This document shows, one piece after another, positions 47,157 through 55,246 of a stretch of DNA of 63,856 nucleotides (position 1 is the stretch's first letter; every line of letters begins with the position of its first letter). The stretch comes from a bacterium. Lineage in GTDB: Bacteria > Patescibacteriota > Minisyncoccia > Phycocordibacterales > Phycocordibacteraceae. The stretch lies in NCBI GenBank assembly GCA_021824605.1, contig JAKAKH010000007.1, positions 1-63,856 on the forward strand, in the 5' to 3' direction. The notes beneath the pieces are model-generated. The model was given only the letters and a program-made list of their open reading frames with translations. It was not told where the DNA came from and ran no database searches. A program made the position numbers and the translations under genes.

Positions 47157-48452
47157 TTACTTTTTAATAGCGATAATAAGATCGGACACATTTGATCCAG
47201 TATACCCCGTGAGGAGCGCATCACCGGTCGCAGTGAAGAAGTCATACGCACTGTGTCCTTCGAGATGCTCAGTGATGGAGAGGTTGTGGGTCCGTGCGTG
47301 TTCTCGAGTGACGGCATCGCCAATCGCTCCTGCACAATCGGTATTGTCGTGACCGTCGGATGCAAAGGGGAGAATCAATTCGTCGTCGTGGATATCTGCA
47401 AGTGCGGCAAGGGCCATTTCCTGATTGCGTCCCCCAGCTCCGTGGTTGGCACCGAGGGTCACCGTGGTCTCGCCGGCGTAGAGGAGGACGCTTTTGGCGG
47501 GTACGGTATGGAGTGTTTCGAGGATCGTTTTTTCGACATCACGAACATCGCCTGCGATATGGTCACTCATAACAGTGGCGATATACCCGAGTCGTGTCGC
47601 CTCGGCATGCATAGCCGCAAGTGCGTGTTGGTTTGTTAAAAAGAGCGTCGTCGTCACACGATCGAAATATTTTTGCTCCTTTGGCGTTTCGATACAGCTA
47701 ATACGTAACGAGGATGGAATCGCATAGCGAGTGAGAATCGCGTCAGCATCGGCGATGGTCGAGGTATCAAGTACAGTGGGTCCCGATGCGATGTATTCGA
47801 CATCGTTTCCAGGAACGTCAGAGACGACAAGCGAAATCACTTGCGCCGGATACGCTGCTGCCGCGAGTCCGCCACCGCGCGCTCGCGAGATATGCTTGCG
47901 GACGGTATTCATATCTTGAATGGTTGCGCCACGTGCCGTGAGCTCGTTCCAGAGCATACTCTCATCGGTGCAGGTCATTGGCGACGGAGGGAGGCAGAGA
48001 AGTGTCGAGCCACCCCCGGAGATGAGCATAATGACGAGATCGTCTGCAGCGCGACCGGCGAGAAACGCGAGGATACGTTCGGTAGCGCGCTCGTTTACTT
48101 CGCTCGGGAGGGGGTGGGTCCCGACGTACATTTCAACTTTCTGTAAGGATGACTCTCCCAAGGGAGAGACGTCGAGTGCGACACCGCCCGTGAGTCGATC
48201 GCCGAATATCTCTTCGATGGCGTGCGCGGCTGCGAAGGCACACTTACCCACGCCAACAAAAAAGACCCGCCGTCCCGCAAGAGGGTACGGGGTGCCATCG
48301 ATAGTGAGCTCGGCATCATCGAGAACGATTCGTTCGTGCAGTGCTGTCTCGACAGTAATAGCAGCGTAGCCTGCTTCAGCGAGAGAGAGAGCTGTATGCC
48401 GGAGGGGAGTTGTCGCGAGTGAATCGAAGTTCTGTATGATTCGGTGCTCCAT
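47157..48452 (-). CDS. glycerate 2-kinase (DUF4147 + MOFRL family)
   Basis: 431 aa. The MOFRL C-terminus is GYTGSNVSDL, and an N-terminal GVGKCAF motif is present. Confidence 0.82.
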   Translation of the reverse strand: MEHRIIQNFDSLATTPLRHTALSLAEAGYAAITVETALHERIVLDDAELTIDGTPYPLAGRRVFFVGVGKCAFAAAHAIEEIFGDRLTGGVALDVSPLGESSLQKVEMYVGTHPLPSEVNERATERILAFLAGRAADDLVIMLISGGGSTLLCLPPSPMTCTDESMLWNELTARGATIQDMNTVRKHISRARGGGLAAAAYPAQVISLVVSDVPGNDVEYIASGPTVLDTSTIADADAILTRYAIPSSLRISCIETPKEQKYFDRVTTTLFLTNQHALAAMHAEATRLGYIATVMSDHIAGDVRDVEKTILETLHTVPAKSVLLYAGETTVTLGANHGAGGRNQEMALAALADIHDDELILPFASDGHDNTDCAGAIGDAVTREHARTHNLSITEHLEGHSAYDFFTATGDALLTGYTGSNVSDLIIAIKK

Positions 48453-48473
48453 ACTCCTAACTATACTCGATAG

Positions 48474-48977
48474 TTAGGCTGGTTGTTCAGGGGTACCTGG
48501 GGGGATAACCCAGTCTTGGACAATTGCTTTGAACTCTGGCGTGCGATCTTCAAACCCTTCTTGAATCATATGTTTGATCGGGCGGTACTCAGGAGTGAAT
48601 TCGTAGTGGCATCGCACTTCGCCGTCATTAAATATGCGTAGGTGGTATTGATACTTGAATCCGACAGTTCGTCGAAGACTCACAATCTCGTCGTCGTCTT
48701 TCCAGGCGATGAAGTGATTCCCAAATCCTTGAGCAACGAGGAATGCGACAAATTCTTGCAGCGACCGTGCGGGATCGAGAATGCCGAGGAGGAAATCCTG
48801 GCGTCCTTCATGGCGGAGAATGCGAAGAGAGGTCGAGAGGTCGCGGAGGTAGGGGTGGAGTGGCGTGTAGAACATCCAGAACACATACTTAATACGATCA
48901 TGGAGGGCGGTCGGATATGCCATCCGTGAACGCGGCACCGCTCGAATCCAATCTTCCTGAAGGGCACGCATACGCAC
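48474..48977 (-). CDS. hypothetical protein
   Basis: 167 aa. No family is recognised. Confidence 0.45.
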   Translation of the reverse strand: MRMRALQEDWIRAVPRSRMAYPTALHDRIKYVFWMFYTPLHPYLRDLSTSLRILRHEGRQDFLLGILDPARSLQEFVAFLVAQGFGNHFIAWKDDDEIVSLRRTVGFKYQYHLRIFNDGEVRCHYEFTPEYRPIKHMIQEGFEDRTPEFKAIVQDWVIPPGTPEQPA

Positions 48978-49531
48978 TAGACAGATTTTTTAGTAACTGA
49001 GGCGCACCAGCGAGAGAGCGCAGGTTGTGCGTATCGGTCGAGGCCCCAGGAGCCAGCCACACGATGGGCGGTCATAATGCCGAGTGCGAGCATGAGCATA
49101 ATCGGATTCATACTCACAGTCCCCGCAAGCAAGTAATTGAAGTTCATAAAGAATCCAAAGAATGCCGCACAACCAGTAAAAAGTCCAACGATAAGCCCCA
49201 GTCCGACAAGAAGCTCCCCGAGAGCAACCGCGTTTGACCAGAGCACGGGGTGAGGGAGGACAGCGCTTTGCAGAAACGAGGCATACCACAGCTGTACGTC
49301 AGGATGCGCCCCGGTCGTTTTCGTAAGGGCGCCTTGCACAAAGCCGCGGAGGGCAGCTCCTGCACCGGTACCGAACCAGGCTGGGTTCAGAATCTTGTCG
49401 TAGCCGGCAGTGAGCCACTCATAGCCGAGATAGAGTCGAACAACGAGCCAGAGCGGGGCGCTCATGGTGTTGGCGGTAAAGAAGTGCGCCAAGCGGGACT
49501 GCGATATCGTAGAATCGGCCATTCGTTCCAT
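48977..49531 (-). CDS. DoxX-like membrane protein
   Basis: Four TM helices, with LWLVVRLYLGYEWLTAGYDKI typical of DoxX/TQO-like proteins. The start is uncertain (49531 or 49522). Confidence 0.5.
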   Translation of the reverse strand: MERMADSTISQSRLAHFFTANTMSAPLWLVVRLYLGYEWLTAGYDKILNPAWFGTGAGAALRGFVQGALTKTTGAHPDVQLWYASFLQSAVLPHPVLWSNAVALGELLVGLGLIVGLFTGCAAFFGFFMNFNYLLAGTVSMNPIMLMLALGIMTAHRVAGSWGLDRYAQPALSRWCASVTKKSV

Positions 49532-49566
49532 TCTAGAATAATTTTCGTGAAAGGAAAGCAGCAGGA

Positions 49567-50325
49567 GTGGAGTACTATAAAGGTATGAAAGAAACGCGTC
49601 TTTGTATGGGTATGCCCATTGAGATTGAAATCGTCGGGACAGACGTATCGAAGCCTCTTGAGGCGGCTTTTGCATATTTGGCGGCTGTGGATGAGCGTTT
49701 TAGCACCTATAAAGAGACCAGTGAAATAGCACAAATGAATCGCGGTGAGGTCACGCTCGCGGCAGCAAGTGAAGATATGCGCGAGGTCTTTGCGATCGCT
49801 GAAGCGACAAAGCAAGAGACACAGGGGTACTTCGATATCCGTCGACCTGACGGGAACCTCGACCCATCAGGCATCGTGAAGGGCTGGGCGATTCGTAATA
49901 CCGCCGCACGCATACAGAAAGCGGGGTATGAAAATTACTTCGTTAATGCAGGTGGGGATATCGCGATGGGCGGCACAAATGCGGAGGGGAAAGACTGGAG
50001 TGTGGGTATTCGTAATCCATTCAATACGAATGAAATTGTGAAGGTCGTATATCCGCGAGGAAAGGGTATTGCAACCTCCGGTTCGTATATCCGCGGCGCG
50101 CATATCTATAACCCGCATATGCCAGAAGAAGAGCTGACGGATATCGTGAGCATTACCGTCATTGGTCCTGACGTGCTCGAGGCGGACCGTTTTGCAACAG
50201 CAGCTTTTGCTATGGGGAGACAGGGCATCGCCTTTATCGAGCGGCTCCCCGCTTTTGAGGGGTATGCGATCGGCGCGTCAGGCATCGCGACGATGACCAG
50301 CGGTTTTCGCACCTATACACAGTAG
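49567..50325 (+). CDS. apbE: FAD:protein FMN transferase ApbE
   Basis: Motifs GYFDIRRPDG, DPSGIVKGWA and IATSGSY are present. It is about 250 aa. Confidence 0.85.
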   Translation: MEYYKGMKETRLCMGMPIEIEIVGTDVSKPLEAAFAYLAAVDERFSTYKETSEIAQMNRGEVTLAAASEDMREVFAIAEATKQETQGYFDIRRPDGNLDPSGIVKGWAIRNTAARIQKAGYENYFVNAGGDIAMGGTNAEGKDWSVGIRNPFNTNEIVKVVYPRGKGIATSGSYIRGAHIYNPHMPEEELTDIVSITVIGPDVLEADRFATAAFAMGRQGIAFIERLPAFEGYAIGASGIATMTSGFRTYTQ

Positions 50326-50363
50326 ATAATTTGTGGTATTTTCTCAACAGAAAGGAGCTCCGT

Positions 50364-50552
50364 ATGTCTGACTCATTCAAGTACTGTGAGTGCGGGCGAC
50401 CAATTCGAGTAAGGAATGTGCGACACAAATGGATACGGCCCAGGAGGGATCACGACCAATGCAATCAATGTTTCCGGGCGATTCTTGGATTGCCGCATCA
50501 TACCGCCTTCCGCAGGTCATCCGCACCCCGCAAGCCCACGAGAAGCCCATAA
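50364..50552 (+). CDS. small basic zinc-ribbon protein
   Basis: The RBS AAAGGAG lies 6 nt before the ATG. It is 62 aa, Arg/Lys/His-rich, with CxC-x22-CxxC. Confidence 0.5.
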   Translation: MSDSFKYCECGRPIRVRNVRHKWIRPRRDHDQCNQCFRAILGLPHHTAFRRSSAPRKPTRSP

Positions 50553-50573
50553 TTCGTGGGCTTCTCTTTTTTC
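50540..50573 (+). terminator. rho-independent terminator whose loop contains the stop codon of the zinc-ribbon ORF
   Basis: GAGAAGCCCAT aattc GTGGGCTTCTC followed by TTTTTTC. Confidence 0.8.
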
Positions 50574-50596
50574 TACTATACTATTGAAGCAATACT

Positions 50597-51616
50597 ATGA
50601 TGCCACTTGATCGAAATGAGAGTTACTGGCTGCTTGATGATGAGTTGGTTGGGGCTGTGCAGGCTCCGAAAATGCAGGAGCTCTCAACGTACCCAGAGTA
50701 TGACGAGTTGAAGGGCGCACTCGCACAGTATGCGGGTGTTACCTCAGGACAGGTGCTTATCACCCCTGGTTCGGTGACAGCAATAGAATATATCGCACGT
50801 GTATATGCGAAAAAAGAAGAGGCAATTTTACCGGTACCAACTTTCTATTGTTACGAGTCAATTCTTGAGAGTGTGGATGCAAAAATTCTGCCTATTGCAT
50901 ACGAAGAACAAAATGGTTCCTTCGTATTTCCTCTTCAAAAAACAATAGAAGCGCTTGAGCGCGATTCGACAAAAATACTTTTTCTCTGTCATCCGAATAA
51001 TCCGCTTGGCTGCTCGCTCTCTGCAGCCGACATTTCGGCGCTCGTAGCTGCCGCACGAAGAAGTAAGGCTCTGATTGTTTCTGATGAAGCCTATTTTGAG
51101 TTCTCTACAGGAACAACTTTCTTGCCATATCTCTCAGAGTTACCGAATTTGATTATCATCCGTACTCTTTCGAAGGCGTTTGCGCTTTCAGGTGCGCGTG
51201 TGGGGTATGTTATTGCGGCTCCAGAGATTGTGAAGGAAATAGAGAAGATTATATTGCCTTGGCCAGTAGCGTATCAGAGTGTGACTGCCGCACTTACTCT
51301 TCTTGCTCAGGCCGATAAAGTGAAAGTGCGTCGCGATGCGGTCATCGCTGAACGTGAGCATTTCATACAGGAATTGAGGAAGATCTCGGGCATCATCGTA
51401 TATCCGTCTGAGACCAATTTTGCTCTCGTGCGCGTGCCGGATGCTGCGCGTATTCGCGACGCTCTCTTCGCGCAAGGTATCCGTGTAGCTCTAGGAGAAC
51501 CGATGAGTCATGTTCCTGAAGCAAAAATGCTTCTCAGAGATACGCTTCGTATCGCAGTGCCTGATCCAGAATCAAAAATTTATTTGCTTGAGAAACTGCG
51601 AGAATACTTTCATTAA
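50597..51616 (+). CDS. class I/II PLP-dependent aminotransferase (histidinol-phosphate aminotransferase-like)
   Basis: 339 aa with the PLP-Lys context RTLSKAFALSGARVGY and NPNNPLG. Confidence 0.75.
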   Translation: MMPLDRNESYWLLDDELVGAVQAPKMQELSTYPEYDELKGALAQYAGVTSGQVLITPGSVTAIEYIARVYAKKEEAILPVPTFYCYESILESVDAKILPIAYEEQNGSFVFPLQKTIEALERDSTKILFLCHPNNPLGCSLSAADISALVAAARRSKALIVSDEAYFEFSTGTTFLPYLSELPNLIIIRTLSKAFALSGARVGYVIAAPEIVKEIEKIILPWPVAYQSVTAALTLLAQADKVKVRRDAVIAEREHFIQELRKISGIIVYPSETNFALVRVPDAARIRDALFAQGIRVALGEPMSHVPEAKMLLRDTLRIAVPDPESKIYLLEKLREYFH

Positions 51617-51645
51617 TTTGAATATCGTGGTATATATAAGGCTTA

Positions 51646-53181
51646 ATGAGTCTGAGTAAGACGAAGTTAGTACTTCCCGCCGCACTTATTAAACCGGTTG
51701 CGCGTGGTATGGCCGAGCGAGTGCGTACCTCTGATTCCTTGACGTGGATGCGTCTCCGCTCACGAAATTCTTTGGCCCTTTTTCATGATGTTGCGAAAAG
51801 GGTCCCTGCGTACCGTGATTTTTTAAAAGAGCATGGCGTAAAAGCGGAAAAAATTCATTCTCGAGAAGATTTTGAAAAAATTCCAGTGACGAGTAAGATT
51901 TCATATTTGAAAAAATATTCGCTTGAGAAACTTTGTTGGGACGGCATAATTGGCCGTCCCACTGTTTTTTCATCAACATCCGGTTCGACCGGAAAACCTT
52001 TCTATTTTCAGCGACTCTCGAACCTTGAAGAAGAATACTCAATACTCGCTGAGCTTTTTCTTGGGAATGGTGCGTATGCCCCGGGGCCGAAGAATCCGAC
52101 ACTTGTCATTGTCGGGTTCGGGATGGGTGTGTGGATTGGAGGAACACTCACGTACCGTGCATTTGATATTGCGAGTCGTCGTGCATATCCTGTCTCCATA
52201 CTTCCCGCCGGAGTGAATAAAACAGAAATTCTGAAAGCACTCCACGAACTCGCACCCTCATTCAAACAAACCATTCTTATTGGATATCCCCCTTTTGTGA
52301 AGGATATTATTGACGAGGCGGAGTATGAAGGTATTGACCTCAAGTCACTTAATATGCGCCTCTTTTTTGCCGCGGAAGCTTTCTCGGAGCGATTTCGGGA
52401 TTATTTGGCTCAGAAAGTTGGTATAAAGAATGTGTATCGCGACACATTGAATATCTACGGTACGGCTGATATTGGTGCGATGGCATTTGAGACTCCTACG
52501 GCAATCCTTATTCGCCGGTTGGCAATGGAAAATAAGCAGATATTCACGCGGATCTTCGGCGATGTGCAGAAGACTCCAACTCTAGCGCAGTACAATCCAG
52601 CGTTCGTCTCATTTGAGGCGCCAGAAGGAGAAATTCTTCTTACCGGGTACAGTGCCATTCCGCTCATTCGTTATGCTGTTGGTGATCGTGGTGGGGTACA
52701 TAGTTATGATGAATTGAAATCTATTTTTGCTGAATCAGGCATTAATCTCGAAAAAGAAGCTAAGCTACGCGACGTCCCGCTTTACGAACTCCCGTTTGTC
52801 TATGTATATGAACGTTCAGATCTCGCAACAACACTTTACGGACTTCAGATTTACCCTGAGTATTTACGTGATGTTATGATGAGTGATTTTATGCAACGCC
52901 TTTGCACGGGCAAGTTTCAGATCATGACAAAGTACGATGAAAAGGAGAATCAATACCTCGAAATAAATATTGAACAGAAAAGAGGTGTTGAGGTTGTTCC
53001 GGGGGCTTTTATAAACAAGGCAGAAGCCGCCATAGAGAAAGCATTTAGAGACAAGAGTTCGGAGTACAAAGAACTCGCCTCATTCGTAAATGATCGACCG
53101 CTCTTCAAGCTCATGTTTCGTACAATGGGTGATCCAGAATTCTTTCCTTCCGGTATCAAACAGAAGTGGGTGAAGAAGTAA
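51646..53181 (+). CDS. adenylate-forming enzyme, phenylacetate-CoA ligase / F390 synthetase-like
   Basis: 511 aa with the AMP-binding P-loop SSTSGSTGKPF and YGTADIG. Confidence 0.7.
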   Translation: MSLSKTKLVLPAALIKPVARGMAERVRTSDSLTWMRLRSRNSLALFHDVAKRVPAYRDFLKEHGVKAEKIHSREDFEKIPVTSKISYLKKYSLEKLCWDGIIGRPTVFSSTSGSTGKPFYFQRLSNLEEEYSILAELFLGNGAYAPGPKNPTLVIVGFGMGVWIGGTLTYRAFDIASRRAYPVSILPAGVNKTEILKALHELAPSFKQTILIGYPPFVKDIIDEAEYEGIDLKSLNMRLFFAAEAFSERFRDYLAQKVGIKNVYRDTLNIYGTADIGAMAFETPTAILIRRLAMENKQIFTRIFGDVQKTPTLAQYNPAFVSFEAPEGEILLTGYSAIPLIRYAVGDRGGVHSYDELKSIFAESGINLEKEAKLRDVPLYELPFVYVYERSDLATTLYGLQIYPEYLRDVMMSDFMQRLCTGKFQIMTKYDEKENQYLEINIEQKRGVEVVPGAFINKAEAAIEKAFRDKSSEYKELASFVNDRPLFKLMFRTMGDPEFFPSGIKQKWVKK

Positions 53182-53184
53182 AAT

Positions 53185-53964
53185 TCAATTCTTCTTTTTT
53201 CGTATTTGTTTGTCGAGTCGTCCTGCTTCTTCCCACGCAAGTCTGAAGAGACTTTTCATAACATTCGCTACATCTCGACTTTGAATGATCACCCCGAATT
53301 CTTCCACTATAGAAATGAATACAATTTTATCTGTGTATATGCGTAATTCAGAAGGGAATGAATATATGTTAGCAGGAACATATCGTACTTCCGATCTGCT
53401 CTTTTTATCGAGAGTCACATCCTCAACTGTCTTTTTATAAGGAGAAATTATCTTTGTCTTATATCTGCACAGAATATTTTTTCTCTTCAAAAAAGAAGAC
53501 GATGAATCCAAGTATGCTTTTGGTGAAGGTAGGAATGCGTACACCTCAGTACTTCGTGGCTGCATCAATAAATCATTGTTAACAGTGCGTATTCCACCAG
53601 TTCCTTCATAAAATAAAATATGTGGCTGAACTTTTAATTTTTCAGATACTGAGAGAAGTTCAGGAAGCAATGAATTCATTTCTTCTTCTTGACGAAGTGA
53701 ATTCTGTGCTAATTCATCAGCTCGCGCTACGAGTCTCTCTGGGGAGATTGCATGATATTTAAAGACCCCATTGTATTGTGATTGTTCTACAATTCCTCGT
53801 TCTATCAACGCTTCAAGTAGGACGTATGTTGATGACCGATTGAGATTTGCACTCCTTGCGATTTCGTGCGCGCCTGCAGAACCTATATCAAGTAATATTT
53901 GATACAAGACCGCTTCTTTTTTTGAAAGCCCGAATTCTTGAAGACATGAAAGTAGATTGCTCAT
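53185..53964 (-). CDS. TrmB-family transcriptional regulator
   Basis: The wHTH is FGLSKKEAVLYQILLDIGSAGAHEIARSANLNRSSTYVLLEAL. It has an ATGA overlap with the upstream paralogue. Confidence 0.8.
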   Translation of the reverse strand: MSNLLSCLQEFGLSKKEAVLYQILLDIGSAGAHEIARSANLNRSSTYVLLEALIERGIVEQSQYNGVFKYHAISPERLVARADELAQNSLRQEEEMNSLLPELLSVSEKLKVQPHILFYEGTGGIRTVNNDLLMQPRSTEVYAFLPSPKAYLDSSSSFLKRKNILCRYKTKIISPYKKTVEDVTLDKKSRSEVRYVPANIYSFPSELRIYTDKIVFISIVEEFGVIIQSRDVANVMKSLFRLAWEEAGRLDKQIRKKKN

Positions 53965-54740
53965 GGAAATTTCTCGCCCAACCCCTGAGCTTCTTTAATT
54001 GCAAGATCAAATATCACCTTCATCAATTCAGCAATCTGTCTACTCTTTACAAATGCTGTAAACAGGAATGTATGTGACATAAAGACTGTTTTGTCGTCGT
54101 AAATACCAAGGTCTGCAGGGAACTGATATTTATCCTCGGGAATGAAGTAATGTTTGTCGAGGGATTTAGATACAGGCATGCTTTTGAACGCGTTCATGCT
54201 GTGAGGTTCTGCTGGGTGAATACCGACCATACTCACAGATTTCTCCATACGCTTTTGAACGTATGTTGACAAGTACTCTGGTATAGTTCTAAAAATATCA
54301 GGACCGGAGGAAATGACCCTCATGGGCCCTTCTTTTAAAGAAAGGCTGTCTTCAAATCCTTCTATTAGACCCTGTCGCCCCTCAAGTACAGTAACTTTCG
54401 GTCGATAATACGCCCCGCGATGTTTGGAAGAAAGTGTCGGAAGCATGTTTCGCAGGTTCTTGCTGAGCATCTCGTGTCTCTCGGTCTGCTCTTTTGCTAG
54501 CTGTAGAAGGCGTTCAGGCGGTGCGGCCACATATTTTCTGATTCCATGAGTAGCTCCAATGCTTACAATCCCTCGTTTAATAAGTCGTTCGAGAACCACG
54601 TAAGTTGAGCTGCGGTTTATATCGGCCTCTTTACTAATTGTCTGGACTGTTGCTTCACTAAAAGATAGAAGTGCAAGGTAGACTCGCGCATCCTTTTCGG
54701 GAAGTCCAAGTGCTGAGAGCCGTTTAACGAGGGGTGTCAT
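53961..54740 (-). CDS. TrmB-family transcriptional regulator (tandem paralogue)
   Basis: The wHTH is LGLPEKDARVYLALLSFSEATVQTISKEADINRSSTYVVLERL. The start at 54740 is chosen by family alignment; the track start is 54797. Confidence 0.75.
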   Translation of the reverse strand: MTPLVKRLSALGLPEKDARVYLALLSFSEATVQTISKEADINRSSTYVVLERLIKRGIVSIGATHGIRKYVAAPPERLLQLAKEQTERHEMLSKNLRNMLPTLSSKHRGAYYRPKVTVLEGRQGLIEGFEDSLSLKEGPMRVISSGPDIFRTIPEYLSTYVQKRMEKSVSMVGIHPAEPHSMNAFKSMPVSKSLDKHYFIPEDKYQFPADLGIYDDKTVFMSHTFLFTAFVKSRQIAELMKVIFDLAIKEAQGLGEKFP

Positions 54741-54994
54741 GCCGTTCCAACAGATAGAAAATTGATTCATCCATTTGTTGTCATACATTAGCAACAATAT
54801 TGAATATAATCAAGTCAATATGTGTTTAAAATCGATTCAATTTATCATGACATTTTAACTCTCATTTCGACGGCTTCTTCAAAATGGTTGTTTTTTGTTG
54901 ACAACATATTCAATCAGAACAAACTACGTACAGACTGTTCTTTGTCACGGATTGGCCGTAACCGAGTGGCAGTCGTTTTCCTTGGAAGGTTTGT

Positions 54995-55159
54995 ATGGAC
55001 CATACTTATGGATTCCCGTGGAGCAATAGCTCCCCTCCGATGGGTGGTTTCGATAGCGACGGCATCGACTCTGGTGGTGATCGTCTGTTTGCAAGCGGCG
55101 GTTGCGACGGCGACGGCAGCTGCGGCAATGGCGGTGAAGGCGTCGGTTGCGGGCACTAA
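54995..55159 (+). CDS. 54-aa Gly/Asp/Ser/Cys-rich peptide (not in the ORF track)
   Basis: GGAAGG lies 5 nt before the ATG. The peptide is MDHTYGFPWSNSSPPMGGFDSDGIDSGGDRLFASGGCDGDGSCGNGGEGVGCGH. Its codons mostly end in pyrimidines (GGY/GAY/AGC/TGC), unlike the GCG/ACG-rich overlapping frame. A strong terminator follows. Confidence 0.5.
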   Translation: MDHTYGFPWSNSSPPMGGFDSDGIDSGGDRLFASGGCDGDGSCGNGGEGVGCGH

Positions 55160-55169
55160 CCGCTGACCG

Positions 55170-55208
55170 AAGGGCTGTTATCTTGAAAGATAACAGCCCT
55201 TACTTTTT
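55170..55208 (+). terminator. rho-independent terminator (15-bp perfect stem)
   Basis: AAGGGCTGTTATCTT ga AAGATAACAGCCCTT followed by ACTTTTT. Confidence 0.85.
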
Positions 55209-55246
55209 AACAGTGTTTCAAAATATATAAGTTTATAATCAATAAA

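Noticed and set aside
54822-55166. The 114-aa track ORF that overlaps the Gly/Cys-rich peptide in another frame.
   Set aside because: It begins in AT-rich promoter DNA with a non-ATG start. Its GC-rich part uses GCG/ACG/GTG codons that are atypical for the neighbouring genes. The other frame has an RBS and ATG and ends right before the terminator.
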